The notes under the pieces were generated by a model. It was not told the DNA's origin. It searched no databases and saw only the letters and a program-made list of their open reading frames with translations. A stretch of DNA of 64,000 nt from a virus (Duplodnaviria > Caudoviricetes), in the IMG/VR virus record IMGVR_UViG_3300032167_000004, positions 32,001 to 96,000 of that record. One strand, given 5' to 3'. Made by a program: the position numbers and the translations under genes. Positions 43,254 through 54,585 of the stretch are shown piece after piece. Within the stretch, counting starts at the first letter, position 1. Each line of letters starts with the position of its first letter.

Positions 43254-43646
43254 ATGAAAGGATGTGTTATTATGATTACTAAAATTATTTTATATATTAT
43301 TTCAATTATAATTATGATTCGTATTTTATCTAAGAAATGTAAGAAATATTTAATTTTATTATGTGGTGTCATTTTATTATCAATTATTATAATATTAGCA
43401 TCATCTACAGAAAACGATCTTAATTCACTTGTTGGTGATGCTGAACTTATTGGTACTTATGAAAATCTTGGTACTATATATTATGATGAAAATGATAATA
43501 TGTATTTTGTTATTAATGTTAATCCCTGGAATTTATTTGAATCATTTAAGAAAACTGATATAGATTATAATTTAGGTGAAATAGCACACATCGCTTCACA
43601 TATTACAAATGAAATGGAAAATCTTATTGAAAGTTATTATAAATAA
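43254..43646 (+). CDS. Two-TM membrane protein (paralog of 41444-41839)
   Basis: Two hydrophobic helices followed by the shared domain. Confidence 0.75.
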   Translation: MKGCVIMITKIILYIISIIIMIRILSKKCKKYLILLCGVILLSIIIILASSTENDLNSLVGDAELIGTYENLGTIYYDENDNMYFVINVNPWNLFESFKKTDIDYNLGEIAHIASHITNEMENLIESYYK

Positions 43647-43831
43647 CTTTTTATTATACTACTAACATATATTTAGGTAGATTTTTCTTTTTTCCTTTCT
43701 TTCTTTTGTGTAAGAGAGGTATAAATAATAATTCCAATAAAATTATACCTCTCTTAATATTAAATTTAATTTTTTTATTAACATTCATTTAGAAGGAAAA
43801 TTTTACCATATTATAAAGGAGATATTAATTT

Positions 43832-43954
43832 ATGAAGAATCTTAAAGTTCTTAAGACTGAAAACCGTATTCATGCTCTTACTCAGAGAGATCCTGTTATT
43901 AATAAGAATATTATTAATAAATTGAAGAGAACTTTACGTAATATTAAAAATTAA
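43832..43954 (+). CDS. Small basic protein (40 aa, not in ORF track)
   Basis: AAAGGAG SD; late promoter at 43780-43791; MKNLKVLKTENRIHALTQRDPVINKNIINKLKRTLRNIKN. Confidence 0.65.
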   Translation: MKNLKVLKTENRIHALTQRDPVINKNIINKLKRTLRNIKN

Positions 43955-43976
43955 TTATTTATATAACATATATTTA

Positions 43977-44630
43977 TTAGGTATATAGATCTGGTTCCAT
44001 CAGTAAATAGTTGATGGGTAAAGAGACGGAATATACATATTGTATTAATCTTTTCCATGATCTTTATATATACATTATAAGAGAGTGAAATAGTAATTAT
44101 CTGGTATATATTCCATTCATTAATGGAGAGTGAAGTACATTAATGATACAGCTTGCCTGGAACCGTTCACTATAATCTAGTAGTAACTCTCTTATAAATT
44201 AAATTTAATTATTTATATAACATTTATTTATAGAAGTAAAATAATCTTTTGATTATTTTATATACATATGGGTCTTATAAGTGATTTACATAGCTTGCCT
44301 TCCTTTGATTTGTCTGGTTCAGCATCCTTCCAACTCATAGGATATGAAATCATCGCTGGTTAAGTTCAGCAAAGACCCCCTCTTTCTGTTTTCCGGGAAG
44401 GGTGAGAGAAAAAAGGAATTCGTTCATAGTAAAAAATATTAAATTAAGAAACATTTTATGATGTCACCGCCATAGATGTCATTTTATCATATGATTTTGC
44501 CTGCCTGTCTGCAGTTTGCCGTCAATGACTGCATTCCCGCGCCATTACGTTGATACCTCCATCCCCTGTTTCTTAGTAATCCATACTGTATTTAATATTT
44601 TTTGGGTTTCTTTTAATCCCTTCCCGGAAA
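43977..44630 (+). ncRNA. Cluster of candidate structured non-coding RNAs
   Basis: No SD-led ORFs seen; locally higher GC; AACA-N6-TA motifs at 43965 and 44219; long closing helices (e.g. TTATAAGAGAG...CTCTCTTATAA, GGGTCTT...AAGACCC). Confidence 0.45.
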
Positions 44631-44707
44631 ATTCAAATTATTTTTTGAATATATATTATTGATATAACATATAAGTAAATATAATATTAATTTATGTTTT
44701 GTAATAC

Positions 44708-44794
44708 CCCGGGTTGGCGGAATAGGTAGACGCAAGGGACTTAAAATCCCTCGCTGGCGACAGCGTACCAGTTCGAAGCTGGTATCCGGGACCA
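44708..44794 (+). tRNA. tRNA-Leu(TAA)
   Basis: Cloverleaf; anticodon arm AGGGA-CT TAA AA-TCCCT; long variable arm; TTCGAAG; encoded CCA. Confidence 0.95.
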
Positions 44795-44861
44795 TGAAAA
44801 TCCCGACTACAGAGGAAAATATAAATCTGTAGTCGGGATATTTTTATTAATTATATAATAT

Positions 44862-44937
44862 GGGTCCATAGCTCAGTTGGTAGAGCAACGCCCTTTTAAG
44901 GCGTGGGTCAGCAGTTCGAGCCTGCTTGGACTCACCA
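44862..44937 (+). tRNA. tRNA-Lys(TTT)
   Basis: Cloverleaf; ACGCC-CT TTT AA-GGCGT; encoded CCA. Confidence 0.95.
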
Positions 44938-45013
44938 CTCCATTATATCCCTATACTGGTATGTCCAGTATAGGGATTATTATTTGTCAAATTTTAAGAA
45001 AGGAAAATAAAGA

Positions 45014-45823
45014 ATGCTAAATATTGTTATTAATACACCTACAGACAGAGGTATATATACTGATATATATGCTATTGATGAAAGAGATAAATACTATCAT
45101 CAATTATATCATGCAAGATGTAAGGTATGTGGAACTGAAATAAAAAGTCGTTTAATAGATATTAATCGTAAAAATTCAGTATGTGTACATAAATATATTA
45201 AAACATTTATACGAGATTATCGTATAAATAAAATATTTCAAGGAATGAAACGTAGATGCTATGATAAACACGATAAAGCTTATAGAATGTATGGTGCTAA
45301 AGGAATAACAATTTGTGATGAATGGTTATATACTCCATATAAATTTGAAGAATGGTCGTTACAAAATGGATATCAAGATGATTTAACAATAGACAGAATA
45401 GATTCATCAAAAGGATATTCACCAGATAATTGCAGATGGATTGACTCTGAAACTAATTCTAAATATAAAAAATCCACTAAAGTATTATATGTTAATGGTA
45501 TGGGATTAAGTATGAGGGATTGGTCTAAAGTTATGGGACATGCCAATCATTATATATCAAAATATAATAAAAAACATGGTGAAAAAGCTACTATTCATTT
45601 GATTAGAAAATATATAAGACAACATAAATCATCTTCTGAAAGAATGTTAATGCAATTACATCCTTTTATTCTTAATGAAAAAGATAAATATTATAATATT
45701 GATATAAATCATCCTAGTATTGAAACTGAAACTACTCTTGATAAAATTACTGATTATATTAAGAATAATAAAGTTCCTGTAGATGAGAATGGTTATTATA
45801 ATATTAATATTAAAGTGAATTGA
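45014..45823 (+). CDS. Free-standing HNH endonuclease in the tRNA region
   Basis: MKRRC...YGAKGITICDEW...LTIDRIDSSKGYSPDNCRW. Confidence 0.85.
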   Translation: MLNIVINTPTDRGIYTDIYAIDERDKYYHQLYHARCKVCGTEIKSRLIDINRKNSVCVHKYIKTFIRDYRINKIFQGMKRRCYDKHDKAYRMYGAKGITICDEWLYTPYKFEEWSLQNGYQDDLTIDRIDSSKGYSPDNCRWIDSETNSKYKKSTKVLYVNGMGLSMRDWSKVMGHANHYISKYNKKHGEKATIHLIRKYIRQHKSSSERMLMQLHPFILNEKDKYYNIDINHPSIETETTLDKITDYIKNNKVPVDENGYYNINIKVN

Positions 45824-45849
45824 TAATATTGAAAGGGAAATAATAAAAA

Positions 45850-46263
45850 ATGGATAATCATAATATTGTATTAGCTAGATTAAGAGCATTGAATATGTTT
45901 GCTCGTTATGGTATTTGTACATATGATACATCATATAGAAAGGTTAATAATGATGTTATTATTGGAGATTTTATTAAATATTTAATTAAATTTCAATTAA
46001 TTATCGGTGATACTAAAAATAATACACTGATATTTAAAATTCCTAAAAATGAAGGTTCTCATATTGATTATTTTATTTTATATGATAATGTAAAAGATAG
46101 ACTTTTTATGGTTAAAAATAATGACCGTTGTAATAAAATCAAAATTTGTTATAAAAAAGTCGATATGGATAATAATGAAAATACATTATTTTATAGTAAT
46201 CATGAATTTGAACACATTATTGAATCAATTATTACTAAAGTATTTACATGTAGTCATAGTTAA
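45850..46263 (+). CDS. Hypothetical protein
   Basis: 137 aa; AAGGG SD. Confidence 0.65.
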   Translation: MDNHNIVLARLRALNMFARYGICTYDTSYRKVNNDVIIGDFIKYLIKFQLIIGDTKNNTLIFKIPKNEGSHIDYFILYDNVKDRLFMVKNNDRCNKIKICYKKVDMDNNENTLFYSNHEFEHIIESIITKVFTCSHS

Positions 46264-46377
46264 TAACAAATAATTATACATATAACATATAAATATAGGG
46301 TTCTAATTTTTAGAACCCAAATTAAAAATAATTAATACTATAACATAATATTAGAGAAGGTATTAAATATTATATAC

Positions 46378-46454
46378 GGGCCTGTAGTTCAGTTGGTTAG
46401 AACCCTTGGCTCATAACCGAGTTGTCGCGAGTTCGAAGCTTGCCAGGCCTACCA
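46378..46454 (+). tRNA. tRNA with CAT anticodon (likely Ile2/lysidine type, otherwise elongator Met)
   Basis: GGGCCTG acceptor; CTTGG-CT CAT AA-CCGAG; encoded CCA; lacks the initiator C1 mismatch and GGG/CCC stem. Confidence 0.9.
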
Positions 46455-46770
46455 AAATACATATCATGGTGCATTTCATGCATCACCAAAAAAATCCTTA
46501 GTACCAACCAAGGATGGTTCCTTATCTCTGAGCCTCTCCTATGTGAGAGCAATGCAGAAGAATAGAGTCTGGTCTTTCTTAATCCTTCTCCCAGACTCTA
46601 TTCATTTTTTACATATGGGGTAAATTTTATCCCCGCCCATCAAGTCAAGCGTTTGAATATAGAGACCCTACATATTGTTATATTCAAACAACCCTTACAA
46701 CCCCATAATAGGATATCCTATTATGGGTCTATATTTAAAATTTTTCATATTGTATAAAGGAGAATAAAAT

Positions 46771-49179
46771 ATGGTTTATATTTTAGAGTTATTTATTATA
46801 ATTAGTATAATTTTTCTTATTACTGGTATTATTTATTTGAAAACTGGTTTATTTAAAGTTTTCTTTCATGATATTTTAGAATGGCATATGCCTAATAATT
46901 CTAGACAATATTATGATGGGTGTAATATTCATTGTGTATGTAGACATTGTAAATGTGAAATTATACAAGATAGTCAAGGTAATTGGTTTAGAGCTTAAAG
47001 TATAGAGGTTAATAAAATATATGAAGAGAATTGAGAAATTAAAAGAACAGTTTAGTTATTTTAGTGAATCACATCTCATAGAAACATTATGTCCATATGA
47101 TATTGATAAAGAATTAGAAAATTGTGATAAAGAAACACTTAGACTTAAACATGAACCTCCTGCATTTAAATCAGGTTGTAGAGGAATAACCTGTGAAGAA
47201 TGTTGGGATAAAGAATTATACTAAAGAGGATATTAAAATGGAAATGTATTGTATTGAAGGTACTGATTATGATGAAAATATTATTGTTATCGGTTATACA
47301 ACAACAGAAGAAAAAGCTAAAAGAATGGTTGAAGTTATGAGAGAAACCGATAGATTCGATTCTTATTATGAATATAAATATCGTAAAATTTATGTCGATA
47401 TGTTAATTATTAATGATAAAAAGATTGAATTTTGATTTTATATAAGAGGAAATATATTAATATGGAAAATACTATTGAAGAAATTTATGAAATTCTTATA
47501 AATAAAGAATATTGTATAACTGAACATGATGCTGGAAAAATTGAAGGTGATGATTCTCATACCGTATTAGATATTAGTATGTTAAATACTGCTAATGCAA
47601 TATTTTGGGATGGTTATATATGGAATTTAGTATTCGGACTATATTCACATACATATAAAAAATTTATTGCATGTAATCATGCATCATTAAATGATATTAT
47701 TAATGATGACAATATCTATTTAATTATAAGTGTAGAAAGTGCAGAAGTTAATAGAAATTGTACTGTTAAATTATCTTATATAAAAAATAAAATTATTGAT
47801 AAAAGGGTAGAAGGAAATAAATGTATATTTAAATTGAAAACTGTAGGAATCGATAGAAAGAAAGAAGAAGATAATAGTATAAATATTAAAGTTCCTGAAT
47901 GGTGTAAAATAGGTAAACGAGTGTATTGGAATTCACCACGAATTACAGGAATGGAATGGGTTAGAGAAAGAATCTTAGGATATGGATTAGATGGATTCTT
48001 TCATAGTGGTGGTAATACGCCAGTATATTATAGTAAATTTTCAGAATTCGGTAAAACTGTTATGTTAGAAGAACCAGATAAAAATTTATATAGAGGGATG
48101 TCGTATTATGAGTATATATGAAAATATGAGCTCACAACCATATAGAGATATTAATAATGATGTAGAATCTGAACCTAAGAAACATACAAGAGAAGCTTTA
48201 ATGAGGTATATGAATAAAGATAAGAAACGTTCATATACTAAAAAGACTAATTTTACATATGAAGAAATTGCAAAATCTTTAATTATTCTTATGGATAATG
48301 GAATTGATCCGGATGATGCTTGTGGAGTATTAACTGCTATAGGACATAGTTTATTAGATATTGAGATTTTTAAGAATATTGATCAATATATATTAGGTGA
48401 TACAATTACAACTCTTAGATCAAAAGAGGTATAATGATGAAAGTAGATTTATATTATTATGAACAACATGTTCATTTTCAATATATACAACAGATTTTTC
48501 CTGATACTGATCATGAATTAAAACCAACTTATATAGGATATATTGAAGTTGAAAAATTTGATCTAGAAGAAATATTTCATTTATGCAATTGGAGTCATTG
48601 GTTACCTGAAAAACCTGTAAATTTATATTCTAAAATTAAATCTTGTGGTCATGGGTTAATGATGATTAATCCAGAAAATAATCAAAGATATCTAGCAAAA
48701 TCTATGGGTTGGTTAATAGGTAATGAAGATACTATAAATAAATATGTGGAAGAAAATAGATATCGATTATATTGGAGATAATAATGTTACTACTTATTGG
48801 TGTTAATTGTTATGTTACAATATGTGTATCATTTTTAGATACAACGATTATTAAACCTATATTTCCTAAAACAGATGATGGTGTTATAAAAGTTGATAGT
48901 GAACTTATACGAGGTGGAGATTCATATAAATATATTTTAACTGTTAAATTAGATATATCAGAGTATAATCTTCATAAACATAATTTATCAGAATATGTAA
49001 AAATAAAAGCTAAGGATCATGAATTGTATAAGGAAAGAATACAATGGTGTGTTAAAGAATATGGTAAAGGTAGAGAATATAACGTATATACATCATTTGA
49101 TGATCATGATTTAAATTTAAGAGATTATGTATATAAAGATGGAAAAGGTAATATAATATTAAGGAATTATTATGGATAA
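46771..49179 (+). other. Block of small hypothetical CDS (46771-46998, 47021-47224, 47238-47435, 47462-48121, 48108-48434, 48434-48781, 48772-49179)
   Basis: Co-oriented, coupled ORFs with SD sites; ends at a terminator ~49180-49215. Confidence 0.7.
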
Positions 49180-49299
49180 AAGAGAGATAATAATTATCTC
49201 TCTTTTATTTTTTTTCGTTTATTTATATATTATAAATATATATTATTAATATAATAATATGAGAAGGAAAACTCAGTAAACCAAGAAAGGAAAATAAAT

Positions 49300-52064
49300 A
49301 TGGAATACTATCTGTTAGATGTTAAAAGCATTATTTATGTAAATGGTGCTGAAGTTGCATTTGATTATATCAATACGTATTTCGATCCGAAGAAAGCAGT
49401 TGATGAGGCAACTATCCTTTCGTCAAAGGATAATGTGATTTGTGTATCTGTTCATAAGTGGTATGTAAATGAAAAGGGTCGACATACTCATTCCGGCGAT
49501 ATTCTTTATCATTATGAAAAGAAGTTTACAAAATTGACAGATTTGACTAAATGATAATTTAGAGAGGAAAAAACTATGGAAAATCATATCAAGAAGCTTT
49601 ATGAAGCAACTAAAAATATTGAAATTTTTATCGCCAGTGCATGTGATTGGGTTGACGGTAAAAATGTTCCTTCTCTGGGTATCAGAGATCGAGAAAACAA
49701 GGGTTGTGAAATCGATGGTGTTTTCTGGCTCATTGCAGGTACAGTCAGATTAAAGGATACACATAAGCCTGTACAGTATCTCAGTATGCTGAAAGCTGAC
49801 ATTGATAATATCTATATCGATTTACGGGCACAAGCAATTCCTTATGGTGAATGTACTGTAACTGTTGATCTTGGTAAAAGAAAGATTATACATACTGAAA
49901 TGGGTGAAGATAGAATCTTTGCTCATCTTGAGGTGATGTGATGAATACATATATTGTAACATTGCTACCATATGGTGATAAAATGTTACCATATAAAATT
50001 ACTGTAACCTCTGATACATCTGATGATGCTATTATCAGAGCAAAACGATTTGTTGCTGAAACTGGATATTGGCCTCGACATCTTAATATTGAAGAAATAA
50101 TGGATTGTCTTGAAGTTAGTGAAATTACAATTTCAGCAACAAATATTACTTCATCTTTTTAATAAGGAGATAATTAAATGATTAATTGTGTAAATATCGA
50201 AACCAAAACTGCTATTTTTGGTTATGGTGGCATTAAAGTGGATGTTTCCGTTTATCGTTTAGGACTTTATGGAATCAGACCTCCTGTCGGTGCTGGAACC
50301 CAAATTCTCGATTCTAATGGAGAAAAAATCGGAGATTGGGAATATACTGGAGAACATTTCATCATATGTTTTGGTACATATGATGAAGCTAAATCTGTAT
50401 ATGAGCATCTCGAAGAAATCGAAAAGAATCAAGGTGGAATATTCAAGCATGACGGAATCACATTTGATTTCACTTGGTATCGTCAGGCAAGTATTGATGT
50501 TGTAAAGAAAGCCATGCGTTTTATTATTGGAAACTTTTTACAAGTAATGGCTTGTTAAAATTGGAGGCATTGTACAATGAAATATGTAATTTCACCACCA
50601 AGATTGAAACACTTCGTTAGAAGATATAAAGACGATATGGAACGTCTTAGCAAATATCCTGAACACAGTAAAGAAAGAGATCTGTTAGAGAGAAGAATTG
50701 AAAGACATAAACAAGATATTATCAATTATGTAATAAGTGAATCTTTTGAAACAGTTCTTAACACATTAGACCCGTAGAGAAAGGAAATTATATGGATATT
50801 ATTTTCTATTTTGTAATCTCCACATTTGCTGCATTTATCATATATGTCATTGGACCTCTTATTCATAAAGGGTTCAATAACTATGATTCTAAGGAATATG
50901 AGTTTGTGGATCGTGAGATTCCTGAGAAAAAGAAAAGACATAAGCCTAAGAAGGGTGTTATTTATGAGTAAAAAATATTATGATCTCATTAATTATTCCA
51001 GTATTAAAGACTCTGTTGATTTCTGGAATAGTCCAATGGCAGTCGGTTTATCTCATGAATTCAAAGGTAAGAATGTATTCCAAGCTATTGAATACTGGAA
51101 AAGCCGTGCTCTAAAGACAGATAAAATTGAATCATCTTTGGTAGTATATCTTGAAAATCATGATTTGCTATATAGTGATTATGAAATCAAGTTTATTACT
51201 GAATTACTGAATCATCCTGAAAGGGATAGATTTAGACTTATTCATGACGGTAGTTACTACAGTCATAGAATATGGTTCCATGTTGACCCAGATGATAAGA
51301 AGATTCATATTTCTCCAAGTATTTCTTGGTATGATGGTGGTAAATCTCTTAAACCTTTGTCTGATGAAATGAATATTTTACCTGTAGAGGATAAAATTCA
51401 ATTTCTATTGGATCACTTTGAAGTTGTCTATATTCAGATGCATATTGTAAAAAATCGATCTGATATTAGAGATATTATTTCTGATAGTGTACATGAATAT
51501 GCCTTGTTAGATTTTGATTTCTAAAAAAATAAAGAGGATTAAATTATGACTAGAGAAGAACAGCTGAGAAAAGAATACGAAGATAAGCTAAATGCTTTAA
51601 GAACAGAACAAAGAAATTGTACACATGAATGGGATGAAGTTAAATATGACCCGGAGATTAAAATGGAACCATGTGGATATAAAACGGTTACACAGGGTGT
51701 TCATGTATGGCGAGAAGCAACAGATTATCGTAGGGTAGAAGAAAAAAGATGGAGTAGAACTTGTAAGAAGTGTGGTAAGGTCGAGTATACGAAAGAATTA
51801 GTTGTTGTAAAGTATGAACCAAAGTTTTAAAGGATAATATGAGGTATAATAAAGAAAGGAATATGCATCATGAAGTTATATAATATTCTTTCTGTTATTA
51901 GCGGAGGTACTCACATTATCATTTATGATGGATGTGCAGAAGTTTTCAATGGAAAGATGTGCGAAGTATCTAAGACTGAATGGGATGAGAAGATGGATAG
52001 ATATATGAATAATGATATTATTCGTGTGAATACTATCGATGGAGCAATTACCATTGCAGTTTAA
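49300..52064 (+). other. Early operon of small hypothetical CDS (49300-49554, 49576-49941, 49938-50162, 50178-50558, 50577-50777, 50792-50971, 50964-51524, 51546-51830, 51870-52064)
   Basis: Early promoter motif at 49234-49247; SD-led ORFs; terminator ~52080-52113. Confidence 0.7.
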
Positions 52065-52214
52065 TATACTTTTATAAAAATAAAGAGGGATTTATTTCCC
52101 TCTTTATTTTTTTATCTTTTTTTATAAGTATATATTATATTTATATGAACGGAATTTAAGATATAATTTTCGTTTTAACAGCATTATAATGGATACAACT
52201 AGAGGAGGATTAAT

Positions 52215-52406
52215 GTGAAACGTATTAAAGAATTTATATGCGATGATTATTGTATTCCAACAGATGAAGAATTGTTAGAATGCATTAATATCGCTAAATC
52301 CGAAAATTGTATTGTATATTTACATTATACACTACCAATGAGTCGTACACATACTTTATATATTGATAGTACGACAACTTTTGAAGAATTAAAAGAAAAT
52401 TTATAA
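52215..52406 (+). CDS. Hypothetical protein
   Basis: 63 aa; GAGGAGG SD. Confidence 0.65.
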   Translation: MKRIKEFICDDYCIPTDEELLECINIAKSENCIVYLHYTLPMSRTHTLYIDSTTTFEELKENL

Positions 52407-52427
52407 TATTATATGAGGTGATTTATT

Positions 52428-53047
52428 ATGAGCAAAAATAATAATACAGGTGTCCAATTAGAGAAACTTAATTGGGATAAAGAATGTGAATTAGATCTTA
52501 TGTTAGGTCGAGGATTCATTGTTTCTGAACCTGCAATTACTGGTAAAGACACTAAGTCTATGTATGGTATCCAATCACCTCTGTTTGCATCTGATTGGTC
52601 AGATGGAGAAGATGCATTCGCTGACCGTTTTAAATGTGCATGTGGTGCTATGAAAGGTAAAATTTTCGAAGGAGAAATTTGTCCTGAATGTAAAACTAAG
52701 ATTGAGTTTAGGGATGTCGATCTTAGCTATACCGGCTGGATAGTCATTAATAATCATAAGATTATTCAACCTATTTATTATAATAAATTAGCATCTATTA
52801 TTGGTAATAAAACTTTTAATGAAATTATTAAATATGATAAGTTTATCGATAGAGATGGACATGTACAAGAAAAGACAACAGATAGTAATCCTTTTAGAGG
52901 AATTGGATTGATTGAATTTAGAGAAAGATTCCAAGAGATATTGGATTATTATAAAGTAAAGAAAAAGAATAAATGGGAAGAAATCAGAGAGATTGAAGAA
53001 GATAAAGATAAAGTATTTACTTCATGTATTCCTGTGTTCAGTTCCGT
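52428..53047 (+). CDS. rpoC: RNA polymerase beta' N-terminal-half subunit (probably non-virion RNAP), exon 1 of 5; spliced ~481 aa
   Basis: Zn-binding CACG...CPEC, TGWI...IIQP, IPVFSS; exons join in frame: 52428-53047, 54316-54585, 54837-54858, 55090-55147, 56307-56782. Confidence 0.9.
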
Positions 53048-54315
53048 AAATCTTTAATGCGGCTATATAAAGTGATTTATATAGTGAACTCTTTTAATTG
53101 CTGGGAACTCTAGAAATAGACAATCAGCAGCCAACCCTATAAATTGCATAATAATTAATTTAAAGAAGGTGTTTTAAATACTTTTTGAACGTATAGTTGA
53201 AATATTTTTACCATTTTATTACGAAGGTAAAAAGACAATATATCTTGTCAGTGATGCTGGTAGAATTATGAATGGTAAAAGTGGTAGAATATTAAAAACT
53301 CGTATAGAGAAAGATTATGAACGTGTTGGTTTATCACTTAATGGTGTAGATAAAGATTTTTCTGTACATCGTTTAGTGGCAATGGTATTTATTCCTAACC
53401 CTGAAAATAAACCAACAGTAAATCATATTAATATTCATAATTTAAGTGCTGCAGAAAATAAACAAGATAATTGTATTGAAAATCTCGAATGGGCAACATA
53501 TCCAGAACAAGCTGAACATGCTCTGAGAACTAAATTACGAGAACCATTACGAGGTGAAGATAATCCTGCAGCAAAATTAACTGAAGAAGATGTTAAAAAT
53601 ATATCAATGATATTTACAATGAATGAATTAACTATTTCAGAAATAGCAACTCTATTTAAAGTAGATTATGAAACAATACGTGATATATATTGTGGTAATA
53701 CATGGAGACATATTACATGTGACTATGATTTCAGTAATTATACTAAATTAGGTTGTGAAATATATACTGATGAACAAATTCATCATGTATGTAGATTTCT
53801 GGAAGAAAATAAATTACTGGTTTCAGAAATATCTAAAGAAACAGGTGTTGATGAATTCAATATTAGACATATTATAAGGAAAGATTCATGGTTACGAATT
53901 TCTAATAATTATAATATATCTAATTATGATAAAATTAGACCTGTTACAAAAAACACTGAAGAACAAATTCATCATGTGTGTAAATTATTAGAAGAAAATA
54001 AATTAACATTACATGAGATTTCTGATATAACTAGTGTAAAATATAAAGTAGTTAATGCCATTCTTAACGGTAAAAATTGGAAACATATCTCTTCACTATA
54101 TAATATCAACTATACCGCATTTGAGATTAAAAAATAAAAAAAATAATTATGCATTTTATAGGAAGGTTCAACGACTATTAAGTACATCCTAATGTAGATG
54201 GAAATGGAGAGCATCTTTAATAATAAGATGAAGATATAGTCTAGTCTTTATAGAAATATAAAGAAGTTCTATATAGAGAACTGTATAAGAGTAACGATCT
54301 TATATGAATATAACA
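53048..54315 (+). mobile_element. Group I intron 1 (1268 nt) carrying an HNH homing endonuclease
   Basis: P/Q at ~53096-53131, R GTTCAACGACTA, S AAGATATAGTCTA; P1 CCGT/GCGG; P10 TTAAT/ATTAA. Confidence 0.88.
53178..54137 (+). CDS. Intron-encoded NUMOD4-HNH homing endonuclease with three C-terminal HTH-like repeats
   Basis: VHRLVA...PTVNH...N...NLEW; frame open back to ATA at 53178 behind AAGGTG (ORF track starts at 53268). Confidence 0.85.
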   Translation: MLFERIVEIFLPFYYEGKKTIYLVSDAGRIMNGKSGRILKTRIEKDYERVGLSLNGVDKDFSVHRLVAMVFIPNPENKPTVNHINIHNLSAAENKQDNCIENLEWATYPEQAEHALRTKLREPLRGEDNPAAKLTEEDVKNISMIFTMNELTISEIATLFKVDYETIRDIYCGNTWRHITCDYDFSNYTKLGCEIYTDEQIHHVCRFLEENKLLVSEISKETGVDEFNIRHIIRKDSWLRISNNYNISNYDKIRPVTKNTEEQIHHVCKLLEENKLTLHEISDITSVKYKVVNAILNGKNWKHISSLYNINYTAFEIKK

Positions 54316-54585
54316 ATTAAGACCAGTGTCGTTCAGAAATGATAGTTTCTTTTATTCGACGATTGATAAGAAATACAATAGTATATTCTCGTCTGCACGT
54401 CTGTTAAATGATACAGACTTGTATGAAAAGAGAAGAAAGAAATGGACAAAGGAAAAAAGAGAAAGAATGGACATTGCTACTATTCTTTCAACAATTCAGG
54501 AAAAATTAATGCAGTTATGGGAATTAGTATTCGACCTTATAAACCAGAAGGATGGATTCATAAAATCGGAGATACTCGGTGGAAT
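54316..54585 (+). CDS. rpoC: beta' N-half exon 2
   Basis: (V)LRPVSF...KDGFIKSEILGG. Confidence 0.85.

Noticed and set aside
43977-44630. tmRNA, RNase P RNA or SRP RNA
   Set aside because: No tRNA-like ends with TTCRA/CCA, no GAGGAAAGUCC and no GGAA SRP loop recognised.
44613-44795. 60-aa minus-strand ORF
   Set aside because: Antisense to tRNA-Leu.
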